This document shows positions 14,142 to 27,300 of a stretch of DNA of 64,000 nt, piece after piece. The first letter of the stretch is position 1. Every line of letters starts with the position of its first letter. The position numbers and the translations under genes were made by a program. Under the pieces are notes generated by a model. That model did no database searches. It was not told the origin of the DNA and saw only the letters and a program-made list of their open reading frames with translations. The DNA lies in assembly GCA_033442325.1 (NCBI GenBank), contig JAWQFM010000020.1:89824-153823 (forward strand), given 5' to 3'. This DNA comes from Salpingoeca rosetta (Eukaryota; Protista; Choanoflagellata).

Positions 14142-15161
14142 GCACACACACACACTCTCTCTCTCTCTCACGCACGCACGCACGCACGCACTCACTCACT
14201 CACTCACGCACTCGCTCACACACTCACTCACACACACACACACTCTCTCTCTCTCACTCACTCACTCACCTTCCATCACCACCTCCACCATCACTAGGGC
14301 ACGCGCGGGCAGACGTGGGTTGCAACGCACGATACCATCTCGGAGCACGATGACGAAGATGCGGAAGGCAGCAGCAGGAACAGCAGTGCCCCCCTGTCGC
14401 GTGCTGCACACGCTGTTGGTGCATCATCTCCATTCATCGCGCCTACACACCGCTCACAGCAGCACCAGCAGCCGTCGTGGCTGGCGGCAGCGGCTACGGA
14501 GGGGCGCAGTGGGTCTGTGAGTAGCAAGACGGCCTCTGTGCAGGGCAGACGGGGACGCCGCCCGACCGTGGTGACGAAGTTGAACGTGCCGCCACCACAG
14601 CCGCCACAACAACACCAACGCCAACAGCAGGCCTCAAAGGCTTCAGTCACAAGCACCAGCGCCGTGCGACCCACACATGACACGCACTGGCATGACGGCC
14701 GCGCCTCCACCATGTCCAACTTCAGCAGTGGTGGTGGTGGTGGCGGGAGGACACTCGGTGCGGTTGCTGCTGGAGAGAGCGGTGAGAACAAAGGCCCTGA
14801 CGCTCGTCGTCACACCACTGCCACGAAACGGCGCACCAAGCAGCACGCCAGCTTCGACGGCGGCGATGATGACGAATATCTTGATTTCGAGGGGGATGCC
14901 CGGGGTGAGGACAGTGACAGCCACGATGTTGAGGATGGGGATGGTGATGGTGATGGTGACAATGATGGTGGCCATGTTGGCAGTGATGTTGACGATGTCG
15001 ACGACGCCGACGCTGACGCCGGCGACGGATCGATGGCCGGGGTGTTTGCGGCCCACGATGACGGTGGGGGATTGCTCATGTGGGGGTCTGCCAAGGATGA
15101 CCACCAGCAACGGCGACGCCATTCTTCCCTTCCCGCCACCAAAGACAGGGACGCACTCTAA
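9482..15161 (+). CDS. HCN: Hyperpolarization-activated cyclic-nucleotide-gated (HCN) channel; multi-exon
   Basis: HCN domain [10 protein letters not shown]...[13 protein letters not shown]; long S4 [32 protein letters not shown]; HWSGCLQF; selectivity filter HMLCIGYG; C-linker [16 protein letters not shown]; CNBD DGSFFGELGLL...RAASV. The start codon is less certain than the core. Confidence 0.95.
9706..9762 (+). repeat. (AAC)n coding repeat giving poly-Asn in the HCN N-terminus
   Basis: Direct reading; in frame with exon 1. Confidence 0.9.
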
Positions 15162-15561
15162 CGGGTTGGGGAGGGAGTCTACCTATGCAGTGTATCTGTG
15201 TGTGTGCAGTGTGCTGTGTGTGTGTGCAGTGTGTGTGTTTGTGTGTGTGTCAATGTGCAGTGTGTGTGTATTGTGTCGATGTGTGTCTGTGTGTCTGTGT
15301 TTGTGTATGCAGCGTATTGTGTGTCGTCTTCCTCGTCAAAAGCAACAACGGTTACGCACCAAGCCAGTGTGGTGTGTTGAAAATTACACAAATTCTTCAA
15401 TGAATATTCTACTGAGCATTTCTGACACACACCAAAATCCAAACAAAAAAAAGCAAAGGCAACCACCATTTACCACTCAGACGACAACACAGAAGAACGA
15501 AGCAACCACAGGAGACAGACACAACAACTCCCACAACACCCACCACACAACCTACGACGAT

Positions 15562-16334
15562 ATGAGTGCACCAAAGGACGATGCCATGGGGAAACTGCGA
15601 GGCATGCTGGGCGCAGTCATCAACGGCGTCCAAGCAGGGTTTCAAAAGGAAGTTGCACAGAACATCCTCAAGGAAATCGAAATGGGAAACCCACAGCATA
15701 TCAAGGTGCGCTGTAAACAGTGGACATGCATGGCCGCGCGGACGTTGCATGCGTCGCGTGCCTCGACACTTAGCACCACTACCACCACCACCACCGCACT
15801 CACCCCAGGCATTCACGCTTTGTTGGTTGTAGATTGTGATCAGCAAGATTCTGGACGCCACGTTGGTGGACGGCATCCCCTCTGCGATCATTGGCGATCT
15901 TGCGCTGGAGCTGTTTCACCAGTCGAAGAGCGAAGTCTTCTGGAAGGCGCTCTTGCATCGACTGCAAGCTGTGCGTTGCTCTTGAGCGGCTCCCGCAGAT
16001 GAACATGTGTGCAAGCAAGCAAACAAGCAAACAACAACCAGCAGGAACCGTGTTTGTCATGCCTATGAACCCGAGGACACATGCCGTCCCTCACAATTCG
16101 TCACACGCTTATCCGTGTGTCCGTTTTGCGTCTGTTACAGGTGTTTCAGAAGCGAGAGGACTACTGGCACCAAGTCGCCAACATTCTCGCTCGCCTCGTT
16201 GTGTCGGTGCGTATGTATGTATGTGTGTGTGTTTGTGTGCTTGTTTGTGTTTGTACGTGTGTGTGTGTGTTTGTGTTTGCACGTGTGTTTGTGTGCTTGT
16301 GTGTGCGTGTGTGTGTGTGCGTGTGTGTGTGTGC

Positions 16335-16395
<61 letters not shown>

Positions 16396-17449
16396 TGTGC
16401 ACACTTTCACGCTTTTTTTATTGTGTGTCGTGAATGTGTCGACGAAATGATACCGCTCTGTGTTTGCTTTCTTAACATCCATGTGTCTGCTCACTTGATT
16501 TTACTGTGTTGTAGGATGGCACCACGGTGAATGCACCGGCGAAGGATACACTGACACACGTCCTGACGGAGATGATGAAGAGCAAGGTGGGTGCACAGCA
16601 CGTAGCAACAAGGGGCCTGGTGCTTGACTGGCATTGTTTTGCACCTGCGAGCTCTAAGCTCCCTTACGTGACGATGCGTGCGTGCGTTTTGTGTGTGTCT
16701 GTGTGTCTGTGTGTCTGTGTGTGTGTGTGTTTTGTGACTGTGTGTGTGTGTGTGTTGTGACTATCTCTGTGACCCTCCATCTGAGTGCCTGTCATCCTAT
16801 CACTGTCCGTCTCTCTGTGTCTCTGCCTCTGTCTTCTTATCCTTGTTGACACGAGAAGCACCACACCCCTTTATGTGCAACTCATGACTTTTCTGCGCAA
16901 CCCACGACCCACCAGTACCCCGACAACCCGACGACGGCGTGTGAAGCCCTCATGTACGTCCTCATCAACGCGTCCCTTGCAGACGAGGACAAGAAGCAAC
17001 TGCAGCAGCTGCCAGCTCTCATCAAGTTCGTTCATATCTGTATGTGTGTGTGTCTGTCTGTGTGTGTGTGTGCGCGTGTGTGCTCTGTTCCTGTGTGTGA
17101 AAATGCCCATGTGTTCGCCTGTGACTTCTGCCCATCTCACCCGTTCCCCCTTCCCCAAAACACACACACACACACACACACACCTACTGTCCAATCCCCG
17201 CACTTGCAGCGAGGCCGATTTCGACTTTGAGGAAGGCAGTGATGTGCTCGAGCTCAAGAAGCAAATCCTCGCCGTAAGTGACATGAACTCTCACTCACAC
17301 AAACACATGCATGCGTGGTTGTTGATGCGGTGTGAATGCGCGAGCGCTACACTTGCATGCTTCGCCATCCTCCCGTGTATGCCAAACCCCCAACACAATT
17401 GTCACCACTCCCACTCCTCTTCATCATGCTCCTGCTGATACCACACACA

Positions 17450-17512
<63 letters not shown>

Positions 17513-18395
17513 TCACTCACTCACTCCTACTCACGCACGCACACGCACGCCACATACACAATTCATCTTCTCCCTCGTTGTTGTGTCTCCAAGGGCAAAC
17601 TGGAGTCGCCAGGCGACGCAAAGCCCGACGCGCCCGCCAAGGAAGAGCAACAGCCACCAGCGTCCACGAAGGCAGACACCACACCCCCACCTGCCACCAC
17701 CACCACTCCCGCCACAACCACTACAACCACTGCTCCAGTGACGACAAGCACGACACCGCTGGTGCCTGTTCTCTCTGCGAGTGCGCCCGAGTATGTTCCG
17801 TCGGGGCCGCCGGTGCAGCTAGCACCACCACCACAGCAGCAGCAGCAGCAGCAGCAGCAGCCACGTTTCGGGGAGCAGATGTCATGGATTGAGTGAGTGG
17901 GTTTGTTTGTTTGGGTGTTCGGGTTGGATGAATGCTGCTTTTGTTTGTTTGTTCGTTCGTTCGTTTATCCATTTGTGTCACGACGTCGGTGTGATTGATG
18001 TTTGGCAAGCTGCTACTCTTGCGAAGCTCTGCGATGCTGTGTCTGCTCGCAAGCTGACAAGCGCGTGTGAAACTGTTGCGTTTGCGCCTTTACAGCTCTT
18101 ACGACGGCGTTCCGGATGACATTCTCGAAGAAGCAATCGGTACGGCACGGCCACATGCTCATGTGAACTTGCACTCTGAATCACAACACGAGATGGGCAG
18201 CTACTGTCATGCCAACGCCACTCACTCGCACACACTCACTCGCTAACTCACTCACTCACTGACACACTCACTCGCTCACTCACTCGCTCACTCACTCGCG
18301 CAGAGGAGATGCTTGACATCGCGGAGGACTTGTCGGAGGAGGAGCAGCAGCAGATTCTGGACGAGCTCTTGGACGAGAAGATGAGCAAGGCGTGA
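15562..18395 (+). CDS. MIF4G-like helical domain + PAM2 motif + acidic tail; Paip1/SLIP1/CTIF-like PABP-interacting protein (9 exons)
   Basis: Nine GT-AG exons join in frame from MSAPKDD to DEKMSKA*. FWKALLHRLQAVFQKRE resembles the MIF4G helix of the Paip1/MIF4GD/CTIF family. LSASAPEYVPSG (17771-17806) fits the PAM2 consensus. The gene model is firm; the family call is moderate. Confidence 0.7.
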
Positions 18396-18868
18396 CCGCC
18401 ATCATCAGCCCAGAAGCGCTCGCATTGCACACATACACGCGCGCATACACGCAACCACACACTCTCTCGTTTGTGCCTGCTTGTCTGTGGACTGCGCTGT
18501 GCTGCTGGAACCCCTCTGGTCTCGTTTGTCTGTGCTTGTGAAAGTGCCTGTTGTTTATGCTTCATGTACGTACATGTGCTGCTGTTACCCCCCCCCCCCT
18601 GCTTGTGCGCTGCTGCCATTGCACCATCGCCATGAAATGCCCCACCATCAAATATGCAAAACAAAGAACATTAAATCGAATGTAAATAACGCAACAAGGA
18701 GGCCCCATTCGTTGATGATAAATCCCCACACTTGCTTCTCGATGACTTCAGCCGCAGCATCAGACACACAACAGCATCAAACACAACACGCACACAAACA
18801 CACATACCCGCGACCACACAACCACACATGCACACACAACACAACACAACACAACACAGCGCACTCCG

Positions 18869-21672
18869 TCAACAGAGGTTGAACTTGCTGCGGTAGAATG
18901 CGAGCACACGTGGATGCGCGCGTATGGACTTTGCACTGAATCGCTTCACGCACAGACCTTCGTACGTGCGCGCACGCGAAAGTGCAACATACGCCTGCCC
19001 CCACTCAAACACACGGCTCAAGTCAACTTCCAACGCATCGAGTGTCATTCCTGTGACAATGATGGCAGACGGTATGATACAAGCAAGCGTGCATGTGAGC
19101 CATTTCGTTTCGCATGGCACGCGCGTTCAGCGTCTTCACACATATCGCAACCTTACCAGTGCCAACGGAACAATCATCATCATCATCATCATCATCATCA
19201 ACATCATCACCACCACCGCCATCATCATCATCACCACCACGACGCACGCACGCACGCACACACACACACACACACGCACGCATGCACACACATGCACGCA
19301 CACACGTGTTCACCTTGTGACTTGTGGATGGAGACGGCCCAGGCGAGGCGCAGCGGCACCTGTTTGCACTCCATCACGCGTCCTGCTGCTGTACGGATTC
19401 GCCACGTGTGCATTCGCACCGTCTCCTCGCGTCCATTAGCAAACTAACCGCAACGACACCATCGCCGTGATGCAACACAGGTGTGAATTACGGGAGTCAA
19501 AGTACTCGCTCGCGCGTACGTGCATTTGAACACACACACACACACAGAAAATCTTTAGTTGACACGCATCCTTCCATGCATGCACAGACACACACACACA
19601 GATACCGGCATATGCACAAACACAGCTGCATACAGCGACACACAACTATACACAAGACACACAGAGTTGTATGCACACACGTTCGCCCACAATCACACTG
19701 ACCTCCACGACGGGCCAGCCAACAGCGTCGAATTTCACGACAACACCGCGTGATCCATTGGCCAGACCGGCAGACACATTCACATTCGCAGACAGCATCA
19801 CCTGCAGCCGTTGACACACAACCACAAGAGCGCAATGGTGAGGGGCGAAACCATCTTTGACCTGTCGAGGTGCGATCAAATCATGCACATCGAATGTCTT
19901 GGGCGTAGCCCGACTCGATACACCATCAGCCGAGCGTCCTGCATCTTGCTTTCGCTTCTGCTGTTCACAGAGTGCACAATACACACACACACACACTCAC
20001 ACTCACACACACAGAAACACTCACACACACACACTCACACGCATACATACACACACGTGTTCTACCGACCTGAGCGCCAACTTTCAGTTCCAACACCTTC
20101 TCTACTCGTGACGCGAGCGACGACCGGCTCACGTCTACGCGGCAATGAACGGCATAAAAGCACATGGCGCGAAACAACACCGTGATGGTACGAAACGCGA
20201 TGAAGTGGCGTACATGCGTGAGTACATGTGTGTGTGCGCGCATTCGTGTGTGCATGCATGTGTGCATACGTGTATGCGTGCGTGCGCGCGCTCTGACGGT
20301 GCGTCATACAAACGAAGAGCCGTTCACAAGGGCTGGGTGCAAGCGTGAATCCTCTCTCCTGTTTGTGCAAGACTCAAGGCACTAAACTCCTTGTCACACA
20401 CACACACACACACACCCTGTACCACCGAAGAATACCAACCAGGTGAGGCGTCTGATCGGGTGAACAGCTTTGAAGATCCAGACAGTTTGGACAGCTGCTG
20501 TTCATTGATTTGCTGTAGTGGGAGAGGTAACAGGCAGTGGGAGAGGTAACAGGGTTGCGTCGAGTGTAAAATCGTAGTGAGCATCAGTGCACATGTAACA
20601 GCCAATACGCCAACTCGTGCTTGCACACACACACACACGCACTCGAACACACAAACAAGCACGTACAAACACGTACAAACACGTCCAAGTACGTACACCC
20701 CCCAACCTCATACAAACACATGCACATACACAAAAGCCACACGCATCAGAATTGCCACACCTTTGCCTCCTTGACGTGGGTGCACAGCCGTGTTGCGCGA
20801 ATGTGGCTGGAATCCAGCCTGTGCGTGGCCGAGCGCTGAATGTACGTGATGTCAGATGGTGTGCACTGGCCAAGACGGCAGCGGTGAAGAATGTCCACAA
20901 ACGTGCGGTCACGTTGTCGATGAACCTGCACATCAAACACAAAGGCAAGTGATTGTCAAATGCAAGCCATATGTCGTCACAAGGTTGAGCCGCGACGCAT
21001 TCGCTGCACATATCATACGCACTTTGCTTGCACGGCGTAATCCAACAACGAACACACCCCAACACATGCACACATTCCAATGCACATGGTCGAAGTTGTT
21101 TCCATAAACACACGCACACGCACATTCGAATGCGCACACTCATTCGCATCACCACATACATACATGCAGCACACAACGCAGCATTCAGGACAACACCCAT
21201 CAACCCACCTGCGAGAGATGAAAGCATTCGTGCACACACGCATCCCACGACTTGGCCTGAAAGCAGAACTGTGTCTCCTCGCCGCGTTTGGTGACAGGAG
21301 GAAGCTGCAGGAAATCGCCCACAAGCACGAGCTGCAGTCCACCAAAGGGCTTGTTGCACCGCCGCACACGCCGTGCTGTCTGCTCCAGCTGATGGTGCAC
21401 ATCATAACATCACAACTTGGCATGTTAGCAGAGCGGCATGGTACCTGCACACAGCGCAGGAACTCTTGACACGCACGTTAGCACGCGCACTCCGCCCCAT
21501 TGCGTGCTGATATCGACAACAGGGCTCGCAACCAGCTCCCCCACAGCGCCTGTGCGTACTTGGTCAAAGTAAGGCGCGTCGATCATGGACACCTCATCAA
21601 TCAACAGAACTTTGGCGGTCGTCCACGCCGATGTGTTCACCGGCAGCCGCGACGAGCCCGCCTGAACAAAGC

Positions 21673-21756
<84 letters not shown>

Positions 21757-23871
21757 ACAGTGTGCAACGAGCCAAATGAGATTGCACTAGCTGTAACAAA
21801 CCTAACACCGGGCGCATGTCACAGCAATGTTGACGGCTCAAATGCAAAGTGACATCCACGTCGTTCACACATATCGCACCTGAACGCCAGCAAAGGCGTG
21901 CAGCGTCGTGCCTCCGATTGCGCATGCAGCCACGCCCGTGCTTGCTGTCACAACCGTTGTCGCCTTTGGCAAGGCCTCAATAATCTTGCCAATCAAGTAA
22001 GACTTGCCTGTGCACAGATGGGATGCACAGCAAGCAGATGCACGCATTCATCGCGCATACACACATACATCAGCCCACTGCTACAGCCGAATGCACACAC
22101 GCACACACATACACATACACATGTACATAACTGTAACTGCACGCCTCACCTCGACCAAAACAACCATGGCAAGCAGTCACAATGATGTGGGATCTGTTGA
22201 GTTATGTCACCTGTGCCAGCGCTGCCTGTGAAGAACACGTTTCGTCCCGACAAAACTGCCATCAACACATCTGCATGACGCGACATAATCAATTGCAGTA
22301 TGCATGGTGAAAACTCGGCAAGGGAACACATATCACTATCACTGACAAACAGGCTTACACGCACACATACACATGCACGCACGCGTACCGATTTGATGAT
22401 GTACATGACCAGAGTGAGGGTGGTGTGAAACTGAGGAATCCATACATCGGCCAGATCCAACCATTACCTTTCTGCTCTGGGGTGAGTGATGCGTCAATGG
22501 CGGGATTGCCAACAACACCGCCTTCGGCCACGGCTCGCAGTGCCCGGGACGGCCGCTTTAGATTTCCTCCTGCTTGGCTCTGCACCTTGCATGATTTCCT
22601 GGGCGGAGAGCTACCCTCATGGCATGATGGCAACACATTGCACATGAGACACAGTGTTGTTTGAACCACCTCAATTTAGTGGTGGAAACAAGGGTGCTGG
22701 TATCGGCTAGTGTCGGTGGTGATAGTAGTGGTCCATCCAATGGCTGTACATCTACACACACACTCGCACGCACATGCTCACATACACTCAGACTCGCACA
22801 CACGCACATGCTCACATACACTCAGACTCGCACACACGCACACACACACGTCCACGCCCACACACCCCTACACATACACACACGCACACATGCACACCTT
22901 GGTTCGAGTTGGTTGAGCTGAATGGCACCAAGAGGCCGACGAATACGAGGGTCCAGGCGAAGGCTCGTTGGCTGCTCTTCATCCTGGTTGAGCTTCCGTC
23001 GATCAACAGATGTCCGCAACTATGATCACACACGCCCCAACGCCAACGACAACCGACGTGAGTCATAGCAACAAGCATACTCTGTGCGTGTGTGTGTGTA
23101 TGTGTGTGTGTGTGTATGTGTGTGTGGGTGTGGGCTGTCGTCCGCCTGTGGTGTTCGTCGTCGCCTGAGACGATGTGATGTGGTGTCAGGGGCCAACCCC
23201 ACACCTGCTTCATTAGGGCCGTAAGCCTGAGACGCAGTTGTGTTGGATCGGCCTTGGAGATGTTCACATGAACTCCTTGTTCCTTTAGTGATATGGTAGC
23301 TTTCCCAGCAGAGATTTCGGGGCCGAACAGCGACACATGCCCTTGCATCGTAAGCACCTGTTCCATCTGCCAAAAACGAGCACACCGATCCGCACCGTAG
23401 GTGAGAAGGGCATGGGGTCGCGTGCACGTGTGTCCACACTCACTTTAGCCCCGTGACTTGCCAAGGCAAACATCAACACAACAAGCAGCACGCACACACG
23501 CACACACGCACACACACACGCACACACGCACACACAAACACACGCACACACAAACACACAAACACACAAACACACGCATACACGCACACACGCACACACG
23601 CACACGCACAAGCACAAGCACAAGCACACGCACACACAAACACACAAACACACAAACACACGCATACACGCACACACGCACGCACACACGCACACACGCA
23701 CACACGCACACACGCATACACGCATACACGCACATGTTCATAGCGAATGATGATGCTTGGGATCTTTGCCTCATCCATTCCAAAGTCCAGCAAGGCCTGC
23801 TTGGTGCTCGAGAGCTTGCGCTTCTGCCGCCCTCGCTTGTCCAAAAACACGACCACTGCACGACACTCCAT
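18869..23871 (-). CDS. PIF1: PIF1 5'-3' DNA helicase with N-terminal PINT-like domain; multi-exon
   Basis: Walker [12 protein letters not shown] (split by an intron), [85 protein letters not shown]-terminal exons ([11 protein letters not shown]..., GKATISLK...DPTQLR) resemble the animal PIF1 N-terminal domain. Confidence 0.95.
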
Positions 23872-23885
23872 CCTCGTCCCTCGAG

Positions 23886-23918
23886 TTTGAAATTTCCCGG
23901 CACAGAAAAGTGTTTGAA
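23886..23918 (-). promoter_or_regulatory. E2F/CDE-CHR-like composite element plus a second CHR just upstream of the PIF1 ATG
   Basis: Sense strand reads GCCGGG-AAAT-TTCAAA (23901-23886). A second TTTGAA sits at 23913-23918. A 15/16-identical copy lies at 45154-45169. Confidence 0.55.
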
Positions 23919-24397
23919 ATGTTCCATTGCTTTTCTGCAAGGCAAGATGCTGTGTGCATCGCGTTTCCTTTTGTCTCGTGTACAGGTCGTACACCTGGTA
24001 CACTGCCTTTTGCACGAAGCGAAGTGTCTCACTTCAGCTTCAGAGAACCCTAGCCAGCTAGCCCTACCACCAACAAGCGGGCAAGTTGACAAGCAAGCTG
24101 ACAAGCAAGCTGAAAAACTGACAGAAGCGCGTGTATTTCAGCACGTAAGCAAGCCAAGAACAGAGCTGGAGAGATACAGGGAAGGAGCAAGTCCTGGAGA
24201 ACACATGGAGATAACTAGATAAAGAGAAAGAACAAACACAAACAGACACGACGCACAGACAAACAACTCTCCCACAACACAACAGGCAGACTAACGTGAG
24301 CAGCCACACTCCCATTCCCTTCCAACCTTGCGGCCGTCGTTTTAACAATTGAGTAATGTAAACTTTAATGTAACACAACCAACACTCAAACAATGTC

Positions 24398-27300
24398 TCA
24401 GCTGCACCCGACAACTTCGATGATGACACGGTAAATTGGAGCAGACCTGCGAACAAAGCCGGCAACCTTCACCAAGTACTCGCCATCGTACGGGGCATAC
24501 ACGGCGACGTCAGTCTCCAAATCACCATCCCGCAGCCTCTGCAGGCCAAGCGGGCGGCCGTTGTTTCGGTGAATGCCCACGTTGACTGAATTGGCCGTGG
24601 CCGGGTCCAGGTCGACGTGCGCGCGAATGACGCCGTGCCTGCAAGCACGCACCTTGAACCAGTCAAGCTCGCCGTTGCACAAGACACCGTAGTATGTGCC
24701 GGGGCTGAAAGTGCGCTGCAAGTTGCGGCGGTTGTCATTGGGCTCATACCCATCGTTGGCAGGGCATGACAGCGAAGGGAAATCGCCAGCAGCTGGTGTC
24801 GTGGTCGTAGTTGTGGTGGTGGTGGGGCAATCCACGGAGATGGAGATGTCGTACGCCGTGCTCTGATCGTTGTAGCTGTACACAACAAGGTAGTACAGCG
24901 TGTCATACCCAGTCGTGTCTGTGTGGGACAGCTCCTCGTTGTCCGAGGTCGAGTATCCAGTCGACACACCAGCTCCTGCTTGCGTGTACAGGACGGCGTC
25001 AAGGTCACTCACAGCTTGGCTGAATCCAACTGTGATCGACACGGTACCGCCGCCGCACACCGGCACGCGGTACCAGTCCACATCACTATCACAGATCACC
25101 GCGTTCACTGCCACGTCATTCGCAGACAGAACAGTGGCTGTTGTGTATGCGTTGTTGCTCTCAAGGCCGTCATTCACACAGGCCGTTGTGGTGGTTGTCG
25201 TCGTGGCTGTTGTAGTCGTCGTAGTTGTGGTGGTGGTGGGGCAATCCACGGAGATGGAGATGTCGTACGCCGTGCTCTGATCGTTGTAGCTGTACACAAC
25301 AAGGTAGTACAGCGTGTCATACCCAGTCGTGTCTGTGTGGGACAGCTCCTCGTTGTCCGAGGTCGAGTATCCAGTCGACACACCAGCTCCTGCTTGCGTG
25401 TACAGGACGGCGTCAAGGTCGCTCGCAGCTTGGCTGAACCCAACTGTGATCGACACGGTACCGCCGCCGCACACCGGCACGCGGTACCAGTCCACATCAC
25501 CACCGCAGATCACCGCGTTCAAAGCCACGTCGCTTGTGGACAGGACAGTGGCTGCTGTGTATGCGTTGTTGCTCTCAAGGCCATCGTTCACACAGGCAGT
25601 TGTGGTGGTTGTCGTCGTGGTTGTCGTGGTCGTTGTAGTTGTGGTGGTGGTGGGGCAATCCACGGAGATGGAGATGTCGTACGCCGTGCTCTGATCGTTG
25701 TAGCTGTACACAACAAGGTAGTACAGCGTGTCATACCCAGTCGTGTCTGTGTGGGACAGCTCCTCGTTGTCCGAGGTCGAGTATCCAGTCGACACACCAG
25801 CTCCTGCTTGCGTGTACAGGACGGCGTCAAGGTCACTCACAGCTTGGCTGAACCCAACTGTGATCGACACGGTACCGCCGCCGCACACCGGCACGCGGTA
25901 CCAGTCCACATCACCACCGCAGATCACCGCGTTCAAAGCCACGTCGCTTGTGGACAGGACAGTGGCTGTTGTGTATGCGTTGTTGCTCTCAAGGCCGTCA
26001 TTCACACAGGCCGTTGTCGTCGTTGTCGTCGTGGTTGTTGTAGTCGTCGTAGTTGTTGTGGTTGACGTTGTCGTGCTTGTGCTTGTTGTCGTGCTTGTGC
26101 TTGTTGTCGTGCTTGTGGTTGTCGTCGACGTTGTCGTGCTTGTGGTTGTTGTCGTGCTCGTTGTCGTCGTGCTTGTTGTTGTTGTCGTGCTCGTTGTCGT
26201 CGTGCTTGTGGTTGTTGTCGTGCTCGTTGTTGTTGTCGTGCTCGTTGTCGTCGTGCTTGTGGTTGTTGTCGTGCTCGTTGTTGTTGTCGTGCTTGTTGTT
26301 GTCGTGCTCGTTGTTGTTGTCGTGCTTGTTGTTGTTGTCGTGCTCGTTGTCGTCGTCGTTGTTGTCGTGCTCGTTGTCGTCGTAGTTGTCGTCGTAGTTG
26401 TCGTGGTTGTTGTCGTGCTCGTTGTGGTTGTGCCGTCCGCGACGACTGACCCCGTGATGCGGTACTGTCCGAGTGAGCCATAGTCGGTTGCGAGCACCGC
26501 TGGGTCGCCCACGCCGTCAATCTCAATGTAGTAGGACCCCGCCGCCAGCGACGCCAGCGACACAGATGCGTCCGTGCTGCCGCTTGGGCTGCTCACCGCA
26601 ATTGGTGTGCCGTTGCTGTCATACACCGTCAGCTTGATGTCCAGGTTGTTCCCCGGCGTGTCCGTGCTTGAGTACCACGGTGTCGCGTACACGCTGATGC
26701 TGCCCTGCCCAGCCAGCTGCACCTTCCACCAATCCTTGTCCGTGCGCACAGAAATCACGCCGTCCGCCTTGAAGTCGTTGCCGCCCGTGTACGTGACGCT
26801 CGTGGCTGTGGCGGGGGTGTCTCCTGCCTCGTCAGCGGCAAAGCCCGTCTGCCCGCCGATGATCGAAACGTCGTCCTGGGTGTTGGTGGCGCCGGCATAC
26901 TCTCCGTTGCTGAACTGCGTCACGGCTTTTCCGTATCCAATGCCCATGATGGGTGCTGATGTGCAAAGGAATACATATCATAAAGACGCATTGTAAGATT
27001 GTAGTGAGCACCACAATCACAAGCACGAGCACAAGCACGAGCAAGTGCAATCGACGAAGCAGTGCCGTGCGACTTTCACCCCCACCCCACACCCCACCCC
27101 ACCCCACCCCCACCCCCCCCCCCCACACACACACACACACATAGATTACCCTCTCGTGCCTTCGCATCGCGTGAATTGAATGCACGGCAAACAAGCTCAC
27201 CCCATGAGTTTGCGCTTGTGGTTCCATCCAGGCCCCGATAGTAGGAACTGCTCCCGTACCCGTCGTGGTTCAGCCCAAAGTTGTGACCTGTGGTGTGGGA

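Noticed and set aside
14677-16002. 441-aa ORF bridging HCN and the next gene
   Set aside because: An off-frame read of the HCN last exon and 3' UTR that runs into exon 1 of the Paip-like gene; the upstream part looks non-coding.
24811-26052. Regularly spaced repeats as a CRISPR array or mobile element
   Set aside because: The units are 414-bp in-frame protein domains with no unique spacers.
24923-26065. 380-aa plus-strand ORF
   Set aside because: Antisense shadow of the repetitive, GC-biased protease exon.
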